64,000 bases of DNA from Nymphaea colorata (lineage: Eukaryota): contig NC_045138.2 in assembly GCF_008831285.2 (NCBI RefSeq), positions 3,906,001-3,970,000 on the forward strand, given 5' to 3'. The notes below the pieces were generated by a model. The model was not told where the DNA came from, did not search any database, and worked only from the letters and a program-made list of their open reading frames with translations. The position numbers were made by a program, and so were the translations under genes. Shown in pieces: positions 1 through 12,634 of this stretch; positions within the stretch are counted from its first letter, which is position 1, and each line of letters starts with the position of its first letter.

Positions 1-61
1 TATGTGGGATGTTCAAGATAGTAAAATGCATCAATTATAATCATAGCCAAATGATGACGGG

Positions 62-1174
62 TCCCATCACGGTCGCCATCTGTTTGCATCCCAAAATTTT
101 CATTGGTTTTGGAGTGATTTAGAAAAATGAGGTTTTTGTTTTGAAAGAGAAAAGAAAGGGACTTGCCCGTCGGTACGAGGATCGACCGTTCCCAGCACCT
201 TTACCGGGGGTAATCAACCCAAGGACTATGTTTATCATTGATGCATTTCGTTTTAACTTAAACATCTTATTGATTCTATATGCGGTGTAGAAAATATTGA
301 AAATTTGAAGTTTCAAACTTTTGAAAAAGTTCTTGAAGTATTGCTTGAAAATGTGAAATGTTTTAAGGAAAAAGTGAAACTAGTAAATATCATTTGAAAA
401 ACTTGTGAAATCATTTTCAAATCACTTTAGTGTTCTCTTAAGACTTTAAGTAGGTTTGAGATTTTGCTCTAATTTGGTTACCACCTATCTAGAGCTCATC
501 CCTTCTTGTTTAAGTTCTTTTGGAGAGGTGCTTGTGATCATAAATGAAATAAAGTTGGTGAGAATGCATAAATGCATTTACCCTATATGATTGAAAGAAT
601 GTAAAACATTTCTACCACAACATTCATCTAAAGTCATTCCTACCACAACATACATCTAAGATTTCGTTGTTATAATTATTGTATATAAGAAGGAAAAGTT
701 TTTTAAAATGGATAGAGATTGTAGACCATCAAGCATGATTCCAATATTGGGTCATTACTTGGTTTGTGGTCTTAATGAAGTCGGTAAATTAAAAATTAAA
801 ATCTTAAATGGTAAGATATTGGAAGAATGAAAAAGATGAAGGACTACATCCAAAGAGGGATATCGAGAAAGAAAAAGATCTTGAAAATCATAAAATCACA
901 TGTTTTGAAAAAGAAAGATATGTATTTGTATACATATATAAAAGCTTATGAAAATGATTATTATATCAAGTAGAGAAGAGAAGATCAGAAAGAGAGATTT
1001 TAAAATGGAATACACGTATATATATATATATATATATTATACGAGAGTTTATAAATGTATGTTAAATCATAGAAAGAGAAACAACAAATAAAGATATTTT
1101 TGTGCATGCATACGTATATAACATGTATATACGCATACGTTTTCATGAATATGAAAATTAAGGAATGATTTGAT
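62..1174 (-). mobile_element. Ogre/Tat LTR retrotransposon: 3' part of an LTR plus primer-binding site (internal region continues left of the window)
   Basis: The reverse complement aligns by eye with 52400-53100. The LTR ends ...GATGCAAACA at 81, followed by the PBS TGGCGACCGTGATGGGA (78-62), the same as 53027-53043. It is cut by the N gap at 1175. Confidence 0.8.
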
Positions 1175-1274
1175 NNNNNNNNNNNNNNNNNNNNNNNNNN
1201 NNNNNNNNNNNNNNNNNNNNNNNNNNNNNNNNNNNNNNNNNNNNNNNNNNNNNNNNNNNNNNNNNNNNNNNNNN
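1175..1274. other. Assembly gap (100 N)
   Basis: Run of 100 N. Confidence 1.
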
Positions 1275-1652
1275 AGAGAGAGTGGTAACTCTCGGTTGTG
1301 GGACTCATCCAGCCATCTAACCAATCCATCATTAAGGATTGCTGAGAAAAAAACAAAGAAGCACACTCTCCAACTTCAGACACATTTGCTGACAACAGTT
1401 GCAATCTATTGATTTTTACGCATTTTCTCTACTTTTGGACACGGAAAACATAACATAAGAAATTTGTAAGATCCAAATCGAACAAGGGAGAGAGAGAAAA
1501 GAGCAGATGAAATGCGAAAATTCATATTTAACCAAACAATAGTTACAACCTGTCTTCAATTTTAAACACCACACACATTTCAGACAATTAAAATGAACTA
1601 AAAAATTTCAGGAACGTGATATAACAGCACCTCAAAATGATACAACAGCACC

Positions 1653-3839
1653 TCAAGCCCTTTCTGTTTCTATGTGTAACCTGTCCTCAAGAGAGTCCCT
1701 TAATTCTTGCGGCAGATCGACTGCGGGGCAGCAGGAAACAACTAGGTCTTCAAGATTCAAGAGGCAAGCAAGCTGTTCCTTTGCATCCGTGGGACTTGTT
1801 GTGGCTACTGCATCATTTTGTAGGGAAGTAGTATTATTGATGTCCACCAGGGACTTGAGATTGGGAAAGTCATAAAGCTCCAGACGCACCAGTTCTTGTA
1901 GACACTGCCAGTGGCCTCCCAAGCTGATCTCCTCAGTGAAACCTTGCAGGCCTAATGAATCTAGTTGGGAGAGACCCCACACCCACTCAGGCACCCTTCC
2001 CCATTTTAGCTTATCAACATTCGCGTCTGTCAAAGTTAGATGCTCAAGGGAGGGTAGAAACGTTGATACTTCTGATGGCAATGGCGATGGCAGTGTAGAT
2101 TCCAAAGCTTCCCTATCCAATCTCAAGTCAGTGAGGTTAGGCAATTGCTTGAGCAATTTCCATCCCAATCTTGCACTTGGGCAATCCCACACTCTTAATT
2201 CTTGGAGCCGAGGCTCATAGTCATGCTCCTGCTCGGATAGAGCATAAAGCAAGCCTTGTGTTTGCATCTTTGGACAATTTTCAAGACCCGCCTCTCTTAA
2301 GCGTGGCATAGAAATTGTTGTTTCCCTCGATCCAATTGCTGGCCATCCCTCCCAATTGGGCAAATCCTGTACTGTCAGTACCTCAAGTGAAGGAAGATGA
2401 GTAGGAAGCTGCTTCACAGCCTTCAGATTAGTCAAATTCAACATCTTCAAAGCTGGCATGTGATCATCAGCTACTTGCTCTAGTCTACCACATCCGTCCA
2501 CCTCCAATGACTCCAAGGCAGGCATGTCATGACCAATTGTGTTGAGTCCATCACAGCTCCCAATCTTCAAGGATTTGAGAGAAGGCATGCTCGCTATTTC
2601 ACACACTGCTGGGCATTTATTGAGCTCTAGTTTTTCCAATGAAGTAATGCTTATTAGTTTTTCCGATAAAGGGCAATTTTCTAGCTTCAATATCCGCAGC
2701 TTGGTGTAGTCGGTCTTCAAATACCAACTTGGCATCTCTCCTTTATAATGACGTATCTTCAAGTTCTTGAGGCAATGTGGAGGTTCCAAAGCCTCCAGTA
2801 TACAACTCTGTTCAGAAGCATCAGCAACTTTGTCATCATGTTGTTCCTCAAAGTCAAATTTCAAACCAGTTAGAAGATGCTTCTCCTTAAGCAATTGGGC
2901 TTCTCCTAAATTGACTTCCTTTCTAGCAGCCCCCAAACCTTCTATGGACAATTTTCCCGTTAGGTTGTTCAAGTCTTTTAGTACCTTAATATTACATCCT
3001 CTTCTATCCTCTTTGTCATTGCATAAAAGAAACCTTTTTAAGGTCTGCAAATTGGTAAGCTTCCCCAAGCCTTCGGCTACAATTTTCAATTCCTCTGTAC
3101 CTTCCAGCCCAAGATACCTCAAGTTGCATAGTTTACCTATTTCCTCGGGCACCTCTTCAATTTTACTATAACTTAAATCCAACGTTTGCAAGTTCCAAAG
3201 TCTGTCGATTGAACTGGGCAACCGTTTCACATCTGAATAGCTTAGATTGAGATACTTTAGTAGTGAAACACATTCAATGGAATTTGGCAGCTCATCCATT
3301 TCACATTCCTCCAATGACAACACCCTCAACCACTTGATGTTGGTGAATTGTTCCGACGGCAAGAATGCACAGAACAATGTGTGCAACTTATTTGCTACTA
3401 ATGAAACATTATGCATGGACGTCTCTGCATCATCTACATCAAGCAATGACAGATGGCTGGTGTGCTCAGTAGGAGAGGCATGGCTATATTCCTTTCTACC
3501 TATATATGAGGCAAGGTCATGCAAAGTGTCATGCAGTTTTACATCCCCTTCTTCAGTTTCTTCAGTCATGCACCTATTTATCAAATCATCAATACATTGG
3601 TTTGCTGTCACTTCCACATCCATGCCTTTCTTTTCCTCAATCAATCCATGCGCCACCCATTGCATGGCCAATAAGTCCATTTCTATCTCATAATCCTTTG
3701 AATAAATGCAACAATATACAAAACAACTCTTCAAAGACGCTGGCAAGTCAACATAGCTCAGCATGAGATCAGGAAGAATGTCACCATATTGAGGGAAAGA
3801 TGATGAGGCCGCAGGAATTCGAATCCGATCGGATGTCAT
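1653..3839 (-). CDS. N-terminally truncated NLR (NBS-LRR, non-TIR type) disease-resistance protein: ARC2/winged helix plus LRR, with no CC or NB-ARC P-loop; possibly a pseudogene
   Basis: Uninterrupted 728-aa ORF. It has LMLSYVDLPASLKSCFVYCCIYSKDYEI (RNBS-D region), QWVAHGLI, an MHD-equivalent KLHDTLHDLA, and LRRs (LRVLSL, LKYLNLS, LQTLDLS, LEALEPPHCLKNLKI). No P-loop, kinase-2 or GLPL motif is present. The first codons lie in MITE sequence. Confidence 0.8.
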   Translation of the reverse strand: MTSDRIRIPAASSSFPQYGDILPDLMLSYVDLPASLKSCFVYCCIYSKDYEIEMDLLAMQWVAHGLIEEKKGMDVEVTANQCIDDLINRCMTEETEEGDVKLHDTLHDLASYIGRKEYSHASPTEHTSHLSLLDVDDAETSMHNVSLVANKLHTLFCAFLPSEQFTNIKWLRVLSLEECEMDELPNSIECVSLLKYLNLSYSDVKRLPSSIDRLWNLQTLDLSYSKIEEVPEEIGKLCNLRYLGLEGTEELKIVAEGLGKLTNLQTLKRFLLCNDKEDRRGCNIKVLKDLNNLTGKLSIEGLGAARKEVNLGEAQLLKEKHLLTGLKFDFEEQHDDKVADASEQSCILEALEPPHCLKNLKIRHYKGEMPSWYLKTDYTKLRILKLENCPLSEKLISITSLEKLELNKCPAVCEIASMPSLKSLKIGSCDGLNTIGHDMPALESLEVDGCGRLEQVADDHMPALKMLNLTNLKAVKQLPTHLPSLEVLTVQDLPNWEGWPAIGSRETTISMPRLREAGLENCPKMQTQGLLYALSEQEHDYEPRLQELRVWDCPSARLGWKLLKQLPNLTDLRLDREALESTLPSPLPSEVSTFLPSLEHLTLTDANVDKLKWGRVPEWVWGLSQLDSLGLQGFTEEISLGGHWQCLQELVRLELYDFPNLKSLVDINNTTSLQNDAVATTSPTDAKEQLACLLNLEDLVVSCCPAVDLPQELRDSLEDRLHIETERA

Positions 3840-3957
3840 TTATTAAATCCGAATCCGATCCGATTTTTTAATCAGATATTAAATTTTTATCCATATCCGT
3901 TTTTTCGGATCGGATCGGTCGGATATCCGATTCAAATCGGATATATTGACATCCCTA
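3815..3957 (-). mobile_element. Truncated hAT-type MITE (TAGGGATGTCAA terminus, ATCCG/CGGAT-rich)
   Basis: The terminus TTGACATCCCTA at 3946-3957 is shared with copies at 9061, 16866, about 44845 and 61235. Dense GATCCG/TCGGAT motifs; the other end is missing. Confidence 0.7.
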
Positions 3958-3961
3958 AGCC

Positions 3962-4472
3962 TACTGCCTAATTTGGACTGTGGTGAGCACATGTGCTCTA
4001 CCGGCCTGGAAAAATCCCCCAACCTTAATCTTCTACATCACCAAGACTTCTCCTTTCTCAAGTTTGGATGCATGATCCCTATGAAGCATACTTATTCAAA
4101 TGAGAATCCCCAAAACAACCTGCAGGTGATCTCCACTCTTTTTTTTTTTATTCAGGTGGATCTCTTTTCAATTTCTCTCTTAAAATATCTCTTTCTATTT
4201 TCTTCAATTTATCTCTCTCCTTTAATTTTTTTTTTCTCTTTCTCTTTCTCTCTAAAATCATTTTGCCTCTCTTTTATTCATCTCTTACTCTTCAATTTGT
4301 CCTTCTCTTATAGTCTCTTTTTCCCTCTCTTTCATTAGACTATATCTCTCTCTTCTATTTGTCTATTAAAATCTCTCATTCTCTCTTCTATCTTAAGATA
4401 ACTTGGTAGGTAAACCAAGCTAATAATTGAGATCAAAATAAGTCCAATCCCTTATACCCAACACTTTATGTC

Positions 4473-4533
<61 letters not shown>

Positions 4534-4617
4534 GAATCAGAATACAGGAGGTAAGACTGTACTGTAGACTGAATGTGTGTGCAACATTATTCTTTGCGGG
4601 TCTTCTCTCTCTCTCCC

Positions 4618-4656
<39 letters not shown>

Positions 4657-4845
4657 TGTACTGTAGACTGAATGTGTGTTCAACATTGTTCTTTGCCGGC
4701 CTTCTCTCTCTCTCTTCCTCTCTCTCCTACATTGTTCTTTCTTATATGTAGGAGAGAGAGGAAGAGAGAGAGAGAAGGCCGGCAATGAACAATGTTGCAC
4801 ACACATTCAGTCTGCAGTACAGTCTTACCTCCTGTATTCTGATTC

Positions 4846-4906
<61 letters not shown>

Positions 4907-5130
4907 GTCAGGTTTCCCATTTTTTTTAATTTCTAGTTGCTGATTTTATAAGAAAGAATAATCCCATTAGTTAATAGTGGGAATCCAAAGTTTAACTTTC
5001 TCACCACTTAATTTGGACCATGGTTGGCAAGATCCATGATTGCTGCTAAAGAAATCCTCAACTCCAATCTTCTACGTCACCTGGATTTGTACTCCACTGG
5101 CAATTAAGAAAAAAAAAACATTAGAGGCGA
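3962..5130 (+). repeat. Segmental duplication block A, copy 1 (paralog at about 25020-25880)
   Basis: Collinear similarity, e.g. TAATTTGGACTGTGGTGAGC, AACTTGGTAGGTAAACCAAGCTAATAATTGAGAT, CAATCTTCTACGTCACCTGGATTTGTAC. Confidence 0.85.
4477..4900. repeat. Inverted repeat (hairpin) bounded by (AT)n microsatellites
   Basis: 4654-4732 pairs with 4746-4822 around a loop of about 13 nt, and the outer arm 4531-4560 pairs with about 4820-4850. (AT)n runs lie at 4477-4530, 4618-4655 and 4849-4900. Confidence 0.9.
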
Positions 5131-5199
5131 AGTGCGCTATTAAAGTAAACATGAAAAAACTTCCTAAATCACGTCCTAACCACTAACCAGTGAACAAAA

Positions 5200-6260
5200 G
5201 AGTAGATGTATATGTTCTCACCTTCAAATTTTTCGAAAGCAGGATATTTTGACAAATTTACAAAAAATTTCAATGATTTTTTGTCTCAAACGCCTCAATT
5301 TCCCTAATTTGGATCATTTTCCCTCTGATTTGATGGTCAATTATATTTATGGCCCATTTGGAACTAATTTCTGACTTTGAACCCAAGTTCAACCCCAATT
5401 TAGACTAATTTTATACTTCAGATCCGAAATCAAGTGTGGATCCAATCTTTTTTAAACTCATGCAATGACCAAAAACAGGTCTCTAAATCTAGAGTGAGAT
5501 CCATATCCCAGCTCCAAATCTAAAATGGATTTCTGGATCCAAATCCATATCTAAATCCCAGCTCCATTTCTAAAATAGATCACTAGAGCCATATTGGATC
5601 TGGATCTAAATTTCAGTTTTCTGATCCAAACCAGATACAAAAAGGCTTTTAGATCAGAACATGGATCCAAAACAGAATTTTAGATTTGAATATAGATCCA
5701 AATCCAATTCTATACCAATCTTATCCATATTTAAGCATTGGATCCAAATTAGATCAGATCTAGACCCAAATAGTTGTTTGAATCCAAACCTTTGGTCCAC
5801 TTCCAAGTTTAGATCCAATTCCATGTTTCCATCTAAGTTCGTATCTAAAATCTAACACTCAGATCAAAATCTGAATTTCATATCCAAATTCTAGATCCAA
5901 ATCCAAATGCATTAGTCCAGATCCATTCTAAGCTTTTGATCTAGATCCAGATCCAGGTCTGAGCCGTAGGTCAATTTCCAGATCTAGATCAACATTCAAG
6001 TTCTAAATTTATTATTTTGTGTCCATTTCCAACACCAAAATTCTAAATTCGGCATGCCCAAATATTTGGGTCTGGTTTTGGATCCAAATTTAAGTTCCAA
6101 ATCCTTTCTAGGATCAAGAATAGATGCGATGCATTATGGCGATTTTCCAAAATATCATTGATTTCTTGTTCAAAATTCTCAAAATACGCTTGAATTTTAC
6201 TAAGATATCTTTAATTTTTCCACAATGCCAATGATTTTCCCTAAATATCCTTCATTTTTT
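5200..6260 (+). repeat. GATCCA-rich dispersed repeat block (other copies at about 8050-9050, 13040-13215 and 26310-27110)
   Basis: Shared collinear strings such as TTGATGGTCAAtTATATTTATGG, CCATGTTTCCATC, AGATCCATTCTAA and TTTTCCAAAATATCATTGATTTC. Confidence 0.8.
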
Positions 6261-6911
6261 CAATTGCACCTTTACTTTCTAAAAAAAAAACAAATTGTTT
6301 TCTTTTCTCTCCGTGTGGGTTCCACTATTGTGTGGCAAGAGGTATGCCGTACCTAACACGACAAGCTATGCACTGACTAGCCAAGTCTTACGTGGCCTGG
6401 CAAGGTCTAGCCTAGGTCGCACCAGGCCGAATCGATGCCAGCCTGGCCTGGTCAAGTATGGTCCGGACCAGCTCGGCTCAACTAGCTATTGCCTAGCCGG
6501 TCTTGCCTCCTTACGGCCTAGGCCTGTTTGCGGCCAGCCCAGCTATGGCCAAGCTAGGAAAACAAGTCAGAATATACCAAGGTTTGCTACTCAGCTAGTT
6601 CTATTGCCTAGCACAGTCAAACTCTGCTCAATCTCTTTTTGGACAATTTTAACATTATTAAGTAATTATGTAATTTGAAACTATTAATGACTAATTAATA
6701 GCTAATTAAACTTTCAAAAAAGACTAAAATATCTTTGGGTCTCTTTCCTTTATAAATAATCATTCATTTCTACTTTCTAATACATCAACATCCCCTTGGA
6801 GCCCTGTGTAAGTTTTTATTCTCTTCAACTTTCACAATCGAGGAGCTAATGAAAGGCTCTTAGAGACTTTCTTCAAGTCATTTATTTTTGACTTTATCAA
6901 GGTAAATGGAC

Positions 6912-7347
6912 CTATGTTACCGGGGTGCGCTCGCGTGGACGCGATGGGTGCGGCCTAGATTCGCACCCAAACCACACCTAATGAGGGTGTACATGGTACG
7001 TTTGGATCTGGTTCCGGTTGAAACCAGATCCAAACCAAGTTCTAAAGGCGTGTAGGTGGTACCTTTGGATCTGATTATGGGTTACCAACTATAAAAAATT
7101 AAACTTTTCTCACCTGGCAAGCCAAACATTTATTATATGTTACTTTATTGTTTAAGCTTTTATAGATACAGGACTAAAAAACGAGCTCTTCCACCCAAGT
7201 GTCAAAATTTTGAATTTTTTGAATCAAAATTTTAAAGTTTTTATGAAATTAATAATAATAATAATAAATAGTCTTCCTGCACCACCGCACTAATAAATTT
7301 TAAGATGTGCCGCGCCGGCACCCGCACCCTGCACTCTGGTAACATAG
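6912..7347. mobile_element. MITE with ~17-bp TIRs (hAT-like)
   Basis: Left end CTATGTTACCGGGGTGC, right end GCACTCTGGTAACATAG (reverse complement CTATGTTACCAGAGTGC). The terminus resembles the hAT end at 19486. No clean TSD. Confidence 0.7.
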
Positions 7348-9060
7348 ATAACTTCATAGAATCTTCTATCCTTCCTACACAATATAATCAAAGGCTGACT
7401 CAGCTCTTCCAAAATGCAGATGCCATATCACAAACATACAAGAGACTAAAAACCAAGATATCCCTCCTCTCCTTTATGTTGGAGGTAATGAAGGAACCAA
7501 AATCGGTTGTAGGATAAACCATTTCAACTTTAACATTGTAATGAAAGTCTTTTAAGAGCTTTTCGAGCTCCGGCCATAGTCTATTGCCATCATAATGATA
7601 TCGTATCCTTTGAATGAGGGCTTTCTCCCGGGTACATATTGATATACAACCTTCATACTCCTTGTGATACTTGAACATCTTTTCCAGCACCTCCAACTCG
7701 CCTCCAAGCACCTCCAACTTGCCTGCAAGAACCCTACAGTTTTTAGATTGTTCTCTATCTTAATTTTCTCCTCTTCATTTTGCTCTTTCTCTCAAGCTAT
7801 TTAATCTCTCCCTTTTTCTATTTTTAACTTCCCTCTCATTCTTTCTGGACTTTTCTGTCTCATTTTAACGTATCCTTTTCCCATTTTAACATCTTTTGCG
7901 ATAATTCTACAAAATTTATCACCAGCAATTTACTCTACCATCACCTAACCTGAGCAATACTACACCATAGTTGGTCAGACTAATGGGCCAGTGAAAATAT
8001 AAATGTTAGTTCAATTCTCATGGGTGTTATTTCTCTGAATTACAAACACAAACAATTGGAGTGTGCATTTTCACATCCAAATTTTAGAAAGCAGCGTATT
8101 TTAACAAATTTACAACAAATTTCAATGGTTTTTGGTCTCAAAAACTTCAATTTCCCTTAATTTGGATCATTTCCCCTCCAATTTGATGGTCAACTATATT
8201 TATGGCTCAATTTCATACTTCGAACCTAAGTTCAACCGCTATTTGGACTAATTTTGTACTTCAGATACAAAATCAAGTGTAGATCCAATCTAAAAACTCA
8301 TGCAATGACCAAAAAAAGATCCATAAACTTAGATCTATATCCAAATCCCAGATCCAAATATAAAATACATCCATAGATCCAAATCTGAGCTCCGTATAAA
8401 AAAAATCCTTAGATCCAAATCCATATCAAAATCCCAGTAACATTTCTGAAACAGATCCTTAGATCCATATCTGGATCTGGATCCAAATGTCAGTTTTCCT
8501 ATCCAAACCGGGTACAAAACAGGCTTTTAGATCAAAACACGGATCCAAAACAGACATTTAGGCCAAGATCCAAAATCTCGACCCAAATAATTGTCTGAAT
8601 CCAAACCCTTGGTCCCAAATTTAGATACCATTCCATGTTTCCATCACAGCCCAGATCTAAATCTAACATTCAGATCCAAATCTGAATTTTATATCCAAAG
8701 TTTAGATCCAAATACAAATGTATTAGTCTAGATCCATTCTAACCTTTTGATCTAGATCCAGATCCAGGTCTGAACTGTAGGACAGTTTGCAGGCTTAGAT
8801 ATACATTCGAGTTCCAAAATTATTATTTGTATGTTTTCCAACTCCAAAATTAGAAATTTGGCAAGCCTCAATACTTGGGTTTAGTTTTGGATCCAAATTT
8901 AAGTTGGAAAATCCTTTTATGTCTCAAGAATCGATGTATTATGGCCACTTTCCAAAATATCATTGATTTCCTGTTCAAAATTATCAAAATATCCTCTATT
9001 TTTTTAAGATATCTTTAAATTTTCCAAAATGCCATTGATGTTCCCCAAATCAAATGTATC

Positions 9061-9395
9061 TAGGGATGTCAACGGATCGGATTCGGATCGAATAAATCTT
9101 CAACCATATCCGTTTTTTCGGATATTCATATATTCGGATTCGAATAAAGCAAAGTCATATCCGAATCCGAATCCAAAATCCGATTTTACAATTCGAATCC
9201 GATCCGAATCCGAATTTTGAACCAGATTTTGCCATTTTTCAAGTATTAGATAGAGGATATTTATCTAAAACTGAATCCAATCCGTATTCATATCCGAATC
9301 TGATCCGATATTCATGTATATCCGATATCCATATTCGATTTTTTCAAATCGATGGGTCGGATATGCTATTCAAATCGAATATATTGAATGTATCC
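9061..9395 (+). mobile_element. hAT-type MITE (TAGGGATGTCAA family)
   Basis: Starts TAGGGATGTCAACGGATCGG, ATCCG-rich body, degenerate right end. Confidence 0.7.
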
Positions 9396-12300
9396 TCATT
9401 TTGTGTGAAGAAAAGACCAAAAATGTCCTTTTTGTCATTGGAGGGTCCACTGCTGCGTTGCGACAGACACATGGCAGGCACTGTCAGGCCGTACCTATCA
9501 CGACTTTTCTGTTCTTGACTTCCCTCTCTCTCTTTCTCAACTTTCCTCTCTCATCTTAGCCTCTCCTTTTCCCATTTCAACATCTCGTTCTCTTTTTTAC
9601 TTCTTTCGTTATCTTCTGTTCTAGCTCTGATTTCTCATTTTCCTTTTATTTTTTTTTTGTTTTAGTCCCTCTCTTATTAATCTCTCTTGTTAATGTCTCT
9701 CTCTTTAAATCTCTCTCTTTCAAATCTTTCTCTTTTTGAAATGATACTATTAGACTTTAAGCTCCTTGCCTAAATCCAAATATATGTTGCAAATATGGAG
9801 CAGATATTTAATCGTGTGGAAAAAAAAAAAGCCAACGTTTTACTGACGAATAGAAGGAAACCCATCAGTACAAGTCGAGATACCGACAGTGACAATGAAG
9901 ACCTGCTTTTACCAACGCATGACAACGGTGACAATAAAGAGTGCCAATGTATATCTAAAGACTAGATATTTACCAGCTATTATGGGAACCGTCAGTATTG
10001 AAATGATTATCACTAACGTTCAAGGAGAACCATCAGTGCTTATTGAATCACCAACGTTCGCATCCGCTGTCATTAATAGTGGGTCTTCCCTTAGTCGACG
10101 TAAGACAACCCATTGTTTACTGAGTTATCTTGAGCACATATAAATACACAACTTTTACAAACGGCGTGTCAATGCCATCAGTATTTATCTGAGTGACGCT
10201 GTTTCTTCCATCAATATATGTGGGGGAGAATTAGATCAAGGTAAGGTAACACTTCAGCCTGACTTCAATCACTCCTCTATTGATAATAGCTTCTATTTTT
10301 TGTTACATACGACTCTATAATGGAATATGAATATAATACTTGAAACTTCTATCAAGCGGCCATGGTATTAAGATTAAGATCAAAGCAGAGTTCCACCTCT
10401 CCCTCTTGTTTTCTTTCTAATCCACAGCTAAAATGTTTCCAGCGGAAGACACCCAACCAACGCTATGGATAGAACTTCCCCATGATCCTGAACATGCACT
10501 AGTTTTATTGGAATAGTGGCATTCCATTTGTCTAAGCAAAACTGAATCTGTCATCTTTTAGAAAGACTTCTTTTAACTTGTTTTCTTTGATATCATCTCA
10601 ATACTTCACTATATTCTTACAAAGCCAAGAATGGTGGTTTTTGCTTCTGTTAATTTTGACCTAGAGATCCCCCAAGACTGGTAAGGACACCATGAGCTGA
10701 AGCATAACAACTTTGTTTATGTCAGAGAGGGAGTAGATACCACCACCTCCTTGAAATGACCTATGTGGGCTATATAGTGGGGTCTTTTTAATTCTCAGCC
10801 AGTCATTCCGTTGAAAGTTCTCCCTGTGGATTAAAGAATTCTGGTGGAAATAATTAATGCCAAAATTTAGTAGTCAACTACTTGGAAGATAATTGATTTA
10901 AGAAGACAAAATCTACCTCACAGTAGGAAAAAAAAAGAAAAAAACAAGGCTGTATCGGTGATTATTTTCACTAGCATAGACAGGGAACTACACTGGTGAT
11001 CACTGTTCACCGGTATAAGTGAATTTTTACCAGCATCATCCTCAACAAAAAATTGGAAGGCATGACCTACAACTGTGATCCATATCCACCGGTATAGTTT
11101 TTTAAAATTGTAAACCAATCGGCAGGAAGGTATAGTAGTAGTCTATAACAGTGGTGAAGTTGGTCACCACTGTAGTCAGATCTACACCGGTGAACGTTTT
11201 CGCTGGTAGACTGTTTGTCCAATCACAGGTGTAGATGACCTTTTAATATAAACACCCCTCCCCCGCTCCAAAATCCTGTGGATTTCCTTTCCGAATTGAT
11301 TTCTCTTTCCTTCACTCCAAAAATTTCTTTGAAAGTGGTTTCCATCATCCTTTGTTTGGGGCACTGTCACAAAAAACATGAATGGGTATTAAACGGCAAA
11401 GAAAACGATGGGTATAATACGGCAAAGTTATATATCTTGGGAATAAAACGAAAAAAATTCAGCAAATTTTTAAAATATTTTAAACATTTAATACATCTTA
11501 AAAATTATAAAAAATAAAAAATGATAAAAACGTTTTTTAAAAAAAACGCGTTTTATTCCCGTTATACACGGTAGAGTTGTTTTTGGCATATAATACTACT
11601 TTGGGGATCGTCGGCAGTTGATTCTGGCGATCTCGCGCTCCTCGGGTATGTGTTCTTTTCCTTCTTTGCTTGTCGCTTCGTAGGAAGCTAAGGAGCATGG
11701 CGAGCCCTCCTATTCCTTGTCAAAAGATCAGCCAATGAAGGTTTTGGGAAGGAGGGAGAGAGAACATGCATACATTTTTGAAGAGGCAATAATGGAATAC
11801 CGACAAGGCCACACTAGAAAGATTCACATGAGTAATTTTGCCATGGTTCATGACATGGGTGGAAGTAGGTGTGGGCATTGTGTTGGCAATGGCCCACACA
11901 GACGTAAAAGTTGTTCATATTTGATATTTTAGGGAAAATTTCCTCCTTTATATATTAGTACTCCTTAAAAATTTAAAATTTTATAACTAATGCCCTTCAT
12001 CCGAAATGTTGTGGCTCCACTCCTTGCTCGTGGACTTATAAGCGAGTTCGTGTTTGGGATCTTTGTTAACGCATTTTTCAAATGGAAATGGAAGAGCCAC
12101 CAATAAATATATATTTAAAGCCAACGCATAAATGATCATCGCCGTTGAATATTAATAGAGACCAACATGCAACGTAATTCCTTACGAGTCAGTAAATTGA
12201 CACTTGTTTATATGGTCCATTCACTGACATGTGGCGACTAGCTGGGGTATGACATCATTGATTTTTCCTTTATATATAAAGGAAAAAATCTGATAAAAGT

Positions 12301-12453
12301 GCAATAAAAAAAGTTGCAGTGGTACTGTCACCCTCGATTCCAACATATCCCACGAACTTCAGCATGAAATCATAGAGCCACGTTGTCCAGTTGTTTTTTT
12401 TGGTGCATTTCACCATAAAAGAGTTCATGCATGGTCGGTCGTTGACGTTACTT

Positions 12454-12634
12454 TTTTTTTTTTTCCTTTTATTTAGGGGTGAGCCGTTCATTGCCACCGC
12501 CCCTAAGAGAGGCCTTCGGTCCCCCCTTTGTGCCCGCCCCCAGGGTTTTCACAGAGCTGCGTCGGGCCCTTTTACGGACCAGGAGTAGCGTGCGCTGAGA
12601 CGTGACAGTGGTCGCTCCACATACTCGAACAAGA
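12454..12634 (-). mobile_element. 5'-truncated SINE / short retroposon with poly(A) tail and 10-bp TSD
   Basis: Direct repeats GACGTTACTT at 12444-12453 and 12635-12644. On the minus strand the element starts near a B-box-like GTTCGAG, has a GC-rich body, and ends AAATAAAAGG followed by a poly(A) run. Confidence 0.8.

Noticed and set aside
81..1174. Being the missing 3' LTR of the 49504 element after flipping the contig
   Set aside because: It is followed by a PBS and differs substantially from the 49504-53024 LTR, so it belongs to another copy
1936..3766. Plus-strand ORFs over the NLR (and antisense ORFs over the laccase and pol genes)
   Set aside because: Shadow ORFs of real coding sequence with no motifs of their own
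9820..11270. CACTA-like subterminal motifs (ACTGACG/CATCAGT, ACCGGT repeats)
   Set aside because: No clear CACTA termini, TSD or transposase; too degenerate to call
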